From the IMG/VR virus record IMGVR_UViG_3300024348_000008: DNA of 64,000 nucleotides. One strand, 5' to 3'. The stretch is from a virus. This document shows positions 46,801-55,896 of the stretch, piece after piece; positions within the stretch are counted from its first letter, which is position 1; each line of letters starts with the position of its first letter. Below the pieces are notes generated by a model. The model saw only the letters and a list, made by a program, of their open reading frames with translations. It was not told the DNA's origin and made no database searches. The position numbers were made by a program, and so were the translations under genes.

Positions 46801-49104
46801 ATGCAAATAAATGTCACAAAAAGAGATGGCACTTTACAAGAATTTGATCTTGATAAAATACACAAAGTTTTAGAATGGGCAACTGACGGTTTAACCGGAG
46901 TTTCTATATCAGAAATAGAACTTAAGGCTAATATCCAACTTTTTGACAAAATTCACGCATACGATATGCATGAATTATTAATTAAATCTGCATCAGAATT
47001 GATTACAGAATATACTCCAAATTATCAATTTGTAGCAGCCAGACTTATTAATTATAAACTAAGAAAGGAAGTTTATGGCGGTTATGAACCATGTTGTTTA
47101 GAAGATTTAATTAAAAAAAATATTGAAAATAATATATATGATGATCAAATTCTTCTTAGATATTCTGCAGAAGAATTAAAAATTGCAAATGGCTATATTA
47201 AGCATGATAGAGATTTTACTTTTACTTATGCTGGAATGGAACAATTTAGAGGAAAATATTTAGTACAAGATCGTTCAACTAAAACAACATATGAAACTCC
47301 ACAAATGCTATATATGATGATAGCATTAACTTTATTCGAAAAATCTAATATAGAAAAAAACGGTAAAGTTGACTGGGCTCGTATGAAATGGGTTAAAGAT
47401 TTTTATGATGCAATATCTCAATTTTATATATCACTACCAACGCCAATTATGGCTGGTGTCCGGACGCCTACTAGACAATTCAGTAGTTGTGTCCTTATTG
47501 AATCCGGCGATAGTCTCGATTCTATTAACGCAACTTCAACATCTATTGTTAAATATATAAGCAAAAAGGCTGGTATTGGAATAGGTGCAGGCTCTATTAG
47601 AGCATTAGGCGCAAGAATAGGAGATGGTTCAGTAGTTCATACTGGCTTAATTCCATTCTTAAAATATTTCCAAGCTGCAGTCAAATCTTGTTCACAAGGT
47701 GGAGTAAGAGGTGGAGCAGCAACAGTATATCTTCCAATTTGGCATTATGAATTCGAAGATTTAGTAGTATTAAAGAACAATAAAGGAGTTGATGAAACTC
47801 GTGTAAGACATATGGATTATGCATTTCAATTTAATAAATTGATGTATGAACGTTTATTGTCAGATGGAGTAATTACCTTTTTTGATCCTAATGATGTACC
47901 AGACTTATATGAAGCATTCTATTCAGATCAAAAGAAATTTAAAGAATTATATGAAAAATATGAAAGAGCATATTCAATAAGAAAAAGATCTCTTCCTGCT
48001 CTTGAAGTATTTCAATCTTTCTTAACAGAAAGAAAAGATACCGGTAGAATTTATCTTATGAATGTTGATCATGCAAATAAGCATGGAGCATTTAATCCAG
48101 ATGAAGCACCAATTAGAATGAGTAATTTATGTTGTGAAATTGATTTACCAACTAATCCATTAGAATCATATGATGATCCAAATGGAGAAATCTCATTATG
48201 TACATTAAGTGCTATTAATTGGGGACTCATTAATGATCCTAAAGATTTCGAAAAATACTGTACCCTTGCAGTAAGAGCACTAGACAATTTATTACAATAT
48301 CAAAATTATCCTGTAAAAGCTGCATATCATGCAACAATGAATAGACGACCTTTAGGCGTTGGTATTATTAATCTAGCATATTTCCTTGCTAAGCGAGGAT
48401 TGAAATATGATGAATCCGCATTTGAAATAATAGATGAATACGCAGAAGCATGGTCATATTATTTAATTAAAGCTTCGGCCGATTTAGCCGAAGAAAAAGC
48501 ACCATGTACTAAAAATAATGAAACAAAATATGCAAGTGGGATACTTCCAATTGATACATATAAGAGTGCAGTAGATAAATTAGTGAAACCCAAAGAACGT
48601 ATGCCATGGGACAAATTAAGAACTCAACTTAAAGAACATGGTATTCGTAACTCAACACTTATGGCATTAATGCCTGCAGAAACATCTGCACAAATTAGTA
48701 ATAGTACAAATGGTATAGAACCTCCTAGAGCTTTAGTATCATATAAACAATCGAAAGATGGTGTAATGGCCCAAGTTGTTCCTGGTATAGTACAACTAAA
48801 AAATAAATATGATCTCTTGTGGGACCAAAAAAGTCCTGATGGATATTTAAAAATCTGTGCTATATTACAAAAATATATTGATCAAGGCATTAGCGTCAAT
48901 ACGTCATATAATCCAGAACATTATGAAGATAATAAATTACCTATGTCAATAATGATAGGTGATATATTAACTGCATATAAATTTGGAATTAAACAATTAT
49001 ATTACTTTAACACATATGATGGTGCCGGAGAACATGCAGAAGAACTTCCAGAATTGGAACAAACCCTTAACGAAGACGAAGATTGCGAGAGTTGTATTAT
49101 ATGA
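46801..49104 (+). CDS. nrdA: ribonucleotide reductase class Ia alpha subunit
   Basis: ATP-cone VTKRDG, QFSSCVL, SNLCCEI, MPAETS, C-terminal CESC. Confidence 0.98.
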   Translation: MQINVTKRDGTLQEFDLDKIHKVLEWATDGLTGVSISEIELKANIQLFDKIHAYDMHELLIKSASELITEYTPNYQFVAARLINYKLRKEVYGGYEPCCLEDLIKKNIENNIYDDQILLRYSAEELKIANGYIKHDRDFTFTYAGMEQFRGKYLVQDRSTKTTYETPQMLYMMIALTLFEKSNIEKNGKVDWARMKWVKDFYDAISQFYISLPTPIMAGVRTPTRQFSSCVLIESGDSLDSINATSTSIVKYISKKAGIGIGAGSIRALGARIGDGSVVHTGLIPFLKYFQAAVKSCSQGGVRGGAATVYLPIWHYEFEDLVVLKNNKGVDETRVRHMDYAFQFNKLMYERLLSDGVITFFDPNDVPDLYEAFYSDQKKFKELYEKYERAYSIRKRSLPALEVFQSFLTERKDTGRIYLMNVDHANKHGAFNPDEAPIRMSNLCCEIDLPTNPLESYDDPNGEISLCTLSAINWGLINDPKDFEKYCTLAVRALDNLLQYQNYPVKAAYHATMNRRPLGVGIINLAYFLAKRGLKYDESAFEIIDEYAEAWSYYLIKASADLAEEKAPCTKNNETKYASGILPIDTYKSAVDKLVKPKERMPWDKLRTQLKEHGIRNSTLMALMPAETSAQISNSTNGIEPPRALVSYKQSKDGVMAQVVPGIVQLKNKYDLLWDQKSPDGYLKICAILQKYIDQGISVNTSYNPEHYEDNKLPMSIMIGDILTAYKFGIKQLYYFNTYDGAGEHAEELPELEQTLNEDEDCESCII

Positions 49105-50171
49105 TACTAAAAAAGAATAAAAAATCACACTTAGAAAAACAAATGTTTCTTGATGAAGCAGTAGACCTACAACGATTTGACGTTTTAAAATATCCAGCTA
49201 TCGATAAAATATCAGACAAACAGCTTGGTTTCTTTTGGAGACCTGAAGAAGTTGATGTATCTAAAGACAAAAAAGATTTTGATGAATTAACAGAACACGA
49301 ACAACACATTTTCACTAGCAATCTTAAAAGACAAATTTTATTAGACTCTGTTCAAGGTAGAGCACCCAATTTGGCATTCTTACCAATCGCTTCATTACCA
49401 GAGATTGAAAATTGGATTGAAACATGGTCGTTTATTGAAACAATACATTCTAAAAGTTATACACACATTATAAGAAATATATATCCAAATCCTTCAGAAG
49501 TATTTGATACTATATTGGATATTAAACCAATTTTAGATTGTGGTAAAGACATTGCAAGATATTATGAAAATCTTATGATAGAAAATGCAAAAACTACAAC
49601 TAAGTTGAATCATAAAAAAGCATTATGGATGGCAATGTTAAGTGCTAATGCACTCGAAGGTATTAGATTTTATGTTTCATTTGCGTGTTCATGGGCATTT
49701 GCAGAACTTAAAAAAATGGAAGGTAATGCAAAAATAATTAAATTTATTGCAAGAGATGAAAATACTCATCTTGCAGCAACAACTATTATTATTAAAAGTT
49801 TGTTAAAAGAAGATCCAGATTATGTAAAAATTGCAAAAGAAATGGAAACAGAATCGGTTGAACTTTATATAGATGTAATAGAACAAGAAAAAGAATGGGC
49901 TAAATACTTATTTAAAGATGGTTCTATGATTGGTTTAAACGAAAAGCTTTTAGCAGATTACGTAGAATGGATTGGATGTAAACGAATGAGAGCAATAGGA
50001 ATGTCTTGTCCATATCATGTACAACAACAAAATCCTCTTCCATGGACAGAAAAATGGATTAGTGGAAGTAATGTTCAAGTTGCTCCACAAGAAACAGAAA
50101 TTACTTCATATATAACTGGTGGAGTAAAACAAGATGTTGATAAAGAGACCTTATCAAAATTTACGCTTTAA
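49101..50171 (+). CDS. nrdB: ribonucleotide reductase beta subunit
   Basis: FFWRPEEV, ETIHSKSY, LEGIRFY, RDENTH, VAPQETEITSY. Confidence 0.98.
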   Translation: MILKKNKKSHLEKQMFLDEAVDLQRFDVLKYPAIDKISDKQLGFFWRPEEVDVSKDKKDFDELTEHEQHIFTSNLKRQILLDSVQGRAPNLAFLPIASLPEIENWIETWSFIETIHSKSYTHIIRNIYPNPSEVFDTILDIKPILDCGKDIARYYENLMIENAKTTTKLNHKKALWMAMLSANALEGIRFYVSFACSWAFAELKKMEGNAKIIKFIARDENTHLAATTIIIKSLLKEDPDYVKIAKEMETESVELYIDVIEQEKEWAKYLFKDGSMIGLNEKLLADYVEWIGCKRMRAIGMSCPYHVQQQNPLPWTEKWISGSNVQVAPQETEITSYITGGVKQDVDKETLSKFTL

Positions 50172-50179
50172 GGAATAAT

Positions 50180-50434
50180 ATGCATATAGAAATTTATTCA
50201 AAAGAACAATGCATGTATTGCAATATGGCAGTAAAAAAGGCCGAATCTATGTCCTTAAATACAACATCATTTGGAGAAAAAGTAGAATCTAATATAACAT
50301 ATAAAAAATATATGTTGAATGAAGATTTTAATAGAGAAGAGCTCTTGAAGTTGTTTCCTAATGCAAGAACATTTCCTCAAATATTAATCAACGGTCAACA
50401 TATTGGCGGTTGGCAAGAATTTAAGGATGTATAA
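50180..50434 (+). CDS. glutaredoxin
   Basis: CMYC, RTFPQI, IGGW. Confidence 0.92.
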   Translation: MHIEIYSKEQCMYCNMAVKKAESMSLNTTSFGEKVESNITYKKYMLNEDFNREELLKLFPNARTFPQILINGQHIGGWQEFKDV

Positions 50435-50623
50435 ATGGCTCTCAAATCATTAGATTGTGCATTTTGTTACAATAAAACAGAAATAGAATATGAAGTTGAT
50501 GAAGACGGTGAACTAAAAGATCCTACATTTTGTCCTTTTTGTGGAATAAAAGAAGATGAACTGGATAATATATATGATCAACATTACCCGATATTAGAAG
50601 AATTGGACAACATAGAAGAATAA
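50435..50623 (+). CDS. zinc-ribbon hypothetical protein
   Basis: CAFC...FCPFCG. Confidence 0.75.
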   Translation: MALKSLDCAFCYNKTEIEYEVDEDGELKDPTFCPFCGIKEDELDNIYDQHYPILEELDNIEE

Positions 50624-50642
50624 ATACCTTATAAATAGGTAT

Positions 50643-51074
50643 ATGAATTGGATATATAAAGGTAAAGAATGGCAACCACCGACAGAAGGCTTTACGCCAG
50701 AAGAAATGTATGGTTTTGTTTATCAGATAACGAACAAACAGAATCAAAAGAAATACATTGGAAAAAAGTTCTTTTGGAAACAAAAAACATTACCGATAAC
50801 GAAGAAAAGAAAGCGAAGAAAAAGGTTAAAGGTTGAATCAGATTGGAGAGAATATTATGGATCATCTAAACACCTTTCGGAAGATGTGGAGAAAATGGGC
50901 CATAAGAATTTCCATCGCGAGATTATATTATTCTGCAAGACTAAGGGTGAATGTGCTTATATGGAAACAAAAATACAATTTGAAAGAGCAGTATTATTAT
51001 CCGACGATTATTATAACGGTATTGTTAATTGTCGGATTGGTTCAAATTCTGTAAAACATTTAAAGGAGGCATAA
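50643..51074 (+). CDS. GIY-YIG family nuclease-like protein
   Basis: GFVY.ITN....KKYIGKK, YYGSS, REI, YYN; TATAAATA just upstream. Confidence 0.8.
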   Translation: MNWIYKGKEWQPPTEGFTPEEMYGFVYQITNKQNQKKYIGKKFFWKQKTLPITKKRKRRKRLKVESDWREYYGSSKHLSEDVEKMGHKNFHREIILFCKTKGECAYMETKIQFERAVLLSDDYYNGIVNCRIGSNSVKHLKEA

Positions 51075-51260
51075 ATGAGCCGTAAAAAAGTTAAACCTAA
51101 TTATATAGATATGAGAATAGAACAACTTAAAGAAGAATTATCTAAACCTAATACAACTCATGATAAGAATTGGTACAACAGACTTATTCAAGAATTAGAT
51201 TGGGTTCGACAAATGCAAGATGATAAAAAAGCAACACATAATTGTTATATGGAAGCATAA
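51075..51260 (+). CDS. hypothetical protein
   Basis: AAGGAGG SD; WYNRLIQEL.W. Confidence 0.7.
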   Translation: MSRKKVKPNYIDMRIEQLKEELSKPNTTHDKNWYNRLIQELDWVRQMQDDKKATHNCYMEA

Positions 51261-51266
51261 TAAATA

Positions 51267-51295
51267 TGTACAAACATATCAAACTGTGGTATAAT
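51267..51295 (+). promoter_or_regulatory. early promoter (probably a leaderless transcript)
   Basis: TGTACA-N17-TATAAT ending 7 nt before ATG 51303. Confidence 0.75.
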
Positions 51296-51302
51296 AGAAC
51301 CT

Positions 51303-51695
51303 ATGAATAAACATGTAAAAAATAATGTTATTAAATTTCCAAATAGGATGGCCGAAACTATCGGTGAAAGAGTTTTGGAAAGTATGGACAAACAAGAAGA
51401 ATGTGCCCACCTTGGGCGTTTATGTGTTGATATTATAACAAAAACAATTAGGAATGAACCTACTGAATTAATGTCAGATTTAGATTTTAATGATATTAAA
51501 TCTGATGAGTATAAAGATATGTTTGTAATATTAAATCTTCTTGTATCTATGTTTCTTAGAAAATCTGATATTAATCATATATTACAAAAAGATCTAAATA
51601 ACGTTTATTATAAATTATTATCTATTGATTTTGCTTCTAAAAATGATATAGATTGGGAAGAACAGGAAAAGGATGATTTACCTCCGATTAGTTAA
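51303..51695 (+). CDS. hypothetical protein
   Basis: NNVIKFP N-terminal motif. Confidence 0.7.
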   Translation: MNKHVKNNVIKFPNRMAETIGERVLESMDKQEECAHLGRLCVDIITKTIRNEPTELMSDLDFNDIKSDEYKDMFVILNLLVSMFLRKSDINHILQKDLNNVYYKLLSIDFASKNDIDWEEQEKDDLPPIS

Positions 51696-51867
51696 TAAAC
51701 TAATTATTACATTATTACTTACTGGTTGTACAACGACGAATCGACAACCTTCACCTTGTCCAAAATCACATACATTAATGTGTGAAATAAGAGGTTCACG
51801 TGAAGATTGTTGGTGTCAAGATACTACACAAATGAAAAAATATATAGGTGAAATATATGGGAGATAA
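51673..51867 (+). CDS. small Cys-rich lipoprotein
   Basis: LLLTG|C lipobox plus four further Cys. Confidence 0.6.
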   Translation: MIYLRLVNKLIITLLLTGCTTTNRQPSPCPKSHTLMCEIRGSREDCWCQDTTQMKKYIGEIYGR

Positions 51868-51870
51868 AAG

Positions 51871-52752
51871 ATGATTTTACTTGACTATAGTCAAATTGCA
51901 TTGAGCAATATTATTATTCAAAAGAACAATATACTATCAAAAGAAGGTCTTGTTGATGTTAAACACTTAATAAGACATATGATACTTAATAGTATTCGTA
52001 TGTATAATAAAAAATACAGAGAAGAATATGGCCAAATGGTCATATGTGTAGATGGTTTTAATACTTGGAGAAAAGAATATTTCCCACAATATAAACAACA
52101 CCGGAAAAAGAATAGACAAGAATCTGATTTAGATTGGAGCTTTATTTTTGAAAGCTTGAACGAAATTAGACAAGATCTACAAGAAAATTTTCCATATAAA
52201 GTAATTCATATTGAAGGTTGTGAAGCCGATGATGTTATAGGTGCACTTACAATAGAAACTCAAGAGTTTGGTAAGAATGAACCAATAATGATTATATCAT
52301 CAGACAAAGATTTTATACAATTGCAGAGGTATAAGAACGTAAAACAATTCTCTCCAATTCAAAAGAAAGCAGTGACAGATAAGAATCCACGTAAATACTT
52401 ATTTAATCATATAATGCGCGGAGATGCTGGTGATGGTATACCTAATATTTTATCAGGAGATAATACCTTTGTTGAAGGAATTAGACAATCTCCTATGACT
52501 ACAAAGAAACTTGAACATTTTCTGCACAATGCAGATAAATTAAGCGAAGTTATGACCTCAGAGGAATATCGTAATTTCCAAAGAAATAAAAATTTAATAG
52601 ATTTACACGCAATACCAAAAGTACACTATAAAACTATTATAGATAATTATGATAATCAAAAAATAGCAATGCGTATGAAAGTATTGAATTATTTAATTAA
52701 AAATAGATGTAATAACTTGATTGAGTCGGTGGAGGAATTTTACAATGGCTAG
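51871..52752 (+). CDS. rnh: T4-type RNase H (5'-3' exonuclease)
   Basis: LLDYSQI, WRKEYFPQYK, EADDVI, SSDKDF, GDAGDGIPN. Confidence 0.95.
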   Translation: MILLDYSQIALSNIIIQKNNILSKEGLVDVKHLIRHMILNSIRMYNKKYREEYGQMVICVDGFNTWRKEYFPQYKQHRKKNRQESDLDWSFIFESLNEIRQDLQENFPYKVIHIEGCEADDVIGALTIETQEFGKNEPIMIISSDKDFIQLQRYKNVKQFSPIQKKAVTDKNPRKYLFNHIMRGDAGDGIPNILSGDNTFVEGIRQSPMTTKKLEHFLHNADKLSEVMTSEEYRNFQRNKNLIDLHAIPKVHYKTIIDNYDNQKIAMRMKVLNYLIKNRCNNLIESVEEFYNG

Positions 52753-53239
52753 AAAAAAAATGATATCTGAAATACTTGAGGAAGCTTCAAAGCAAGAATC
52801 TCAAGTAGCAAGAGGACAATATCTCAAAGATAACTATTCGGTTGCTTTGATAACCGTATTAAAGGGTGGATTTGATGACACCGTTCAATGGAATTTACCT
52901 GAAGGTGATCCTCCATATAGAAAGGACGATGCTCCGAAAGGATTTGAACCATCTAATTTATATAAGAAAACAAAATTATTTAAACATTTTGTAGTTGGCT
53001 CAGCCACAGGAAATACAATGAGCGCTATAAAACGTGAAAAACTGTTCATCGATGTGCTAGAATCTTTACATGTAGATGAAGCGAATCTAGTACTCGCAAT
53101 GAAAGATAAGAAACTTACTGGAAGATATAAGGGAATAACTGTAAAGTTAGTAAGAGATGCATTTCCAGATCTTATCAAGTCGGTAGCTAAAGCTGATCCA
53201 GTTAAACAGGAAAAGGCTACTAAAACACAAACCGCTTAA
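52745..53239 (+). CDS. conserved T4-like hypothetical protein (DUF6433-like)
   Basis: LPEG.PPY...KRE.LFI..LE.LH..EA...KDK. Confidence 0.75.
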   Translation: MARKKMISEILEEASKQESQVARGQYLKDNYSVALITVLKGGFDDTVQWNLPEGDPPYRKDDAPKGFEPSNLYKKTKLFKHFVVGSATGNTMSAIKREKLFIDVLESLHVDEANLVLAMKDKKLTGRYKGITVKLVRDAFPDLIKSVAKADPVKQEKATKTQTA

Positions 53240-53315
53240 CAAAGGGGGTGATTACCTACATATATGACTGTTACATTCACTTTCATTTATTAGGAGGATT
53301 ACTAACGAAAAATAG

Positions 53316-53351
53316 GGGTATCCCAGGTCTGCAGGCCTGGGAATACTTTTT
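53316..53351 (+). terminator. rho-independent terminator
   Basis: GTATCCCAGGTC-TGCA-GGCCTGGGAATAC followed by TTTTT. Confidence 0.75.
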
Positions 53352-53361
53352 AAATTAAGCA

Positions 53362-53390
53362 TGTACAAACAGTGAAAAGTATGGTATAAT
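53362..53390 (+). promoter_or_regulatory. early promoter
   Basis: TGTACA-N17-TATAAT. Confidence 0.8.
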
Positions 53391-53432
53391 ATACAGTATG
53401 AATATTTTAAATAATGATCCCGTGAGAAAATA

Positions 53433-53681
53433 ATGCCTCTATATGATTTTGTAAATACAAAAACCGGTGAAGAATTCGAAAAACTTATAAGTATTTCTGA
53501 CAAAGAAATATATCTAAAAAACAATCCGGACATTCAACAAACCTTCACAAAAGTACCTGGAATTATCAGAGGGAAAGAAGGCGCAATGCTTAAAAAGGCA
53601 GGTGATGGATGGAAAGAAGTACAAGATAGAATAAAGTCTGGTATGCCACCAAGACTAAGAAAAAATATTAAAACAAAATGA
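53433..53681 (+). CDS. FmdB-like protein (Cys ligands absent)
   Basis: MPLYDF.N..TGEEFE pattern. Confidence 0.7.
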   Translation: MPLYDFVNTKTGEEFEKLISISDKEIYLKNNPDIQQTFTKVPGIIRGKEGAMLKKAGDGWKEVQDRIKSGMPPRLRKNIKTK

Positions 53682-54343
53682 ATTTTAGACATGAAATAAT
53701 AACTGACGATTATACGTTAAAACAAGTAAACAAAAGTACTGGAAGAGTTTACGTTGATGATGAAATGAATGAATATCCAAGCATAACATCTGTATTATCG
53801 ATATTAAGCGAAGAAGCCATTCAAAGGTGGAGAAATAAGGTTGGTGAAGAAGAAGCAAACCGAATTTCATCAAAAGCTGCAGCTAGAGGAACAAAAGTAC
53901 ACGATTTAATAGAAAGTTATATATTAAATAAAGAAGTAGAAAATTCTAATCTACTTGCATATTCTAATTTTAAAGACATTAAATCTGTAATAGATAATAG
54001 TTTATCAAAAGTATATGCAACAGAAAAAAGATTATATTCTAAACACTTAGGTGTTGCTGGGACAGTAGATTGTGTCGGTATATGGAACAATAAGAACAGT
54101 ATCATTGATTGGAAAACTTCCAAAAAATGGAAAAAGAAAGAATGGGTTACAAACTATTTCATGCAAGCAGCAGGTTATGCTATTATGTGGGAAGAACGAA
54201 CAGGAATTCCTATAACACAATTGGTAATTTGCATTGCGGGTGATGAAGGGCCACAAATATTCGTAGAACATCGCGATGATTGGGCAAAACAACTGATTGA
54301 TACAATCAATGAATATAAAAGAAGAAAATTTTTTAGGAGATAA
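53678..54343 (+). CDS. PD-(D/E)xK exonuclease
   Basis: YPSITSVL, RGTKVH, AGTVDC, IIDWKTS, QAAGYA. Confidence 0.9.
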   Translation: MNFRHEIITDDYTLKQVNKSTGRVYVDDEMNEYPSITSVLSILSEEAIQRWRNKVGEEEANRISSKAAARGTKVHDLIESYILNKEVENSNLLAYSNFKDIKSVIDNSLSKVYATEKRLYSKHLGVAGTVDCVGIWNNKNSIIDWKTSKKWKKKEWVTNYFMQAAGYAIMWEERTGIPITQLVICIAGDEGPQIFVEHRDDWAKQLIDTINEYKRRKFFRR

Positions 54344-54344
54344 A

Positions 54345-54563
54345 ATGAGAGAAATATTATTAAATGCATTAAAATCACATTATATAGGTGCTATAGAAAA
54401 GGCAAAGGCTAATATTGAAATATATTTAGCAAATCCAGCCGGTATAGGAGATCATCCTGATATCGTTGCTGCAGCATCTGAAGAAATAACAAAATTGTCT
54501 GAAGCACACGATTCTTTACAAATGATTGATACATATTTTACAAACAAAACGCCCCGTATATAA
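54345..54563 (+). CDS. conserved hypothetical protein
   Basis: NIEIYL.NPAGIGDHPD. Confidence 0.75.
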   Translation: MREILLNALKSHYIGAIEKAKANIEIYLANPAGIGDHPDIVAAASEEITKLSEAHDSLQMIDTYFTNKTPRI

Positions 54564-54571
54564 ATAGGAGT

Positions 54572-55183
54572 ATGAAAAAAGAACTCATAACGTATATTAT
54601 CGAAGCGGCCGCAGGAAAGGGTCTAACTATTTTTGATATTGATGAAACTCTTTTTCATACTAAAGCAAAAATAGATGTATTACATAACGGTAAGAAGATT
54701 AAATCGTTAAATAACATACAATTTAATACATATAAATTACGAAAGGGTGAGACATTTGACTTTGGTCAATTTAAGTCTGCAGAGATTTTTAATAAAACAG
54801 CCACACCTATTGGCAAAATGATTGCTAAAGCAAAAATGATAATAAAAAATGCAACGAAGAAAGGTTCTAAAGTAATCGTTGTTACAGCAAGAGGTGATAT
54901 GGATGATAGAGACTTATTCATAAAAACTTTCGAAGCACAAGGAATTGACATGAGCAATGTTTATGTCGAAAGAGCCGGAAATATCGGATTAGATAGTTCT
55001 GCAAAAAACAAAGAAGTAGTATTTAGAAAATATCTAGATACTGGATTATATAAAAGAATAAGATTGTTTGATGATGCAATGGAAAATCTATTAGCTTTAA
55101 CATCATTAAAGAACGAATATCCTGATATTACTTTTGAAGCCTATAGAGTAAATAAAAATGGATCAATAAGTACGGTGAAATAA
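54572..55183 (+). CDS. HAD-superfamily phosphatase (polynucleotide-phosphatase-like)
   Basis: IFDIDETLF, VVTAR, K, LFDD; late TATAAATA just upstream. Confidence 0.8.
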   Translation: MKKELITYIIEAAAGKGLTIFDIDETLFHTKAKIDVLHNGKKIKSLNNIQFNTYKLRKGETFDFGQFKSAEIFNKTATPIGKMIAKAKMIIKNATKKGSKVIVVTARGDMDDRDLFIKTFEAQGIDMSNVYVERAGNIGLDSSAKNKEVVFRKYLDTGLYKRIRLFDDAMENLLALTSLKNEYPDITFEAYRVNKNGSISTVK

Positions 55184-55184
55184 G

Positions 55185-55391
55185 ATGCCAACAAAAATAA
55201 AACCTTCGGTAAAAACTAGAAAACGTGGCGAAACAAAAGACACAATAACACATTATTATATTAAAAACATTTCTCAAGATGAATTATTTGATACATTAAA
55301 TAATGATAGAACTTTTCCTAAAAGGAAACAAAAAATTCGTAATGAATTAGCGCGAAGAGGCGTTACTATTATACAGAAAGTGATTGAATGA
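55185..55391 (+). CDS. hypothetical protein
   Basis: HYYIK...PKRKQKIRNEL.RRG. Confidence 0.7.
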   Translation: MPTKIKPSVKTRKRGETKDTITHYYIKNISQDELFDTLNNDRTFPKRKQKIRNELARRGVTIIQKVIE

Positions 55392-55730
55392 GTGATAAAT
55401 TTTAAAAATTCAAATTATAGACCATTACCATACGGATTAACACTTAAACCAAGTAAAAAACACGGATTAGGCCTATTTGCAACTACCGATACTTTAGAGG
55501 CAGGAAAACGTCTTGGAATTACCCACGTATTATATAATGCAATATATGATCATGTACATATTACTTGGATAAGAACACCTCTAGGTGGATTTATAAATCA
55601 TTCTGAAAACCCAAATTGTGTTATTTTAAATACTTTAAATGATGAACGTGAATTATTTACAATAAGACCAATTATGGATGGAGAAGAACTTACAGTATAT
55701 TATACTTTGGAAGAATATTATGACGAGTAA
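55392..55730 (+). CDS. SET-domain protein (putative lysine methyltransferase)
   Basis: HGLGLFA, GFINHSENPNC, GEELTVYY; start codon uncertain. Confidence 0.88.
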   Translation: MINFKNSNYRPLPYGLTLKPSKKHGLGLFATTDTLEAGKRLGITHVLYNAIYDHVHITWIRTPLGGFINHSENPNCVILNTLNDERELFTIRPIMDGEELTVYYTLEEYYDE

Positions 55731-55881
55731 AAATGACATTACTGGAGACAGTATAAAAACAAAACATAATAACAAAAAATATCGTGACAATTTTGATTTA
55801 GTATTTAATAAAAAAGCTGCTAAAATAAAAAGAGCCGAATCAATAAAAAGAAAGAAAAATGAAAATAACAAAGTCTTATAG
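55720..55881 (+). CDS. small hypothetical protein
   Basis: MTSKNDITGD.IKTK...Y.DNFD.VF. Confidence 0.6.
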   Translation: MTSKNDITGDSIKTKHNNKKYRDNFDLVFNKKAAKIKRAESIKRKKNENNKVL

Positions 55882-55896
55882 AGTATAAATAGTATT

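Noticed and set aside
50643-51074. GIY-YIG gene as a mobile homing endonuclease or intron
   Set aside because: Short, free-standing, lacks a DNA-binding extension, and neighbouring nrdA/nrdB are uninterrupted
53248-53358. Possible mini-ORFs (MTVTFTFIY*, or a 36-codon GTG ORF) after the DUF6433-like gene
   Set aside because: Poor SD spacing and overlap with the terminator; insufficient support
53678-54343. Cas4-like reading of the exonuclease
   Set aside because: No Fe-S Cys cluster, array or other cas genes; ordinary T4-like PD-(D/E)xK exonuclease
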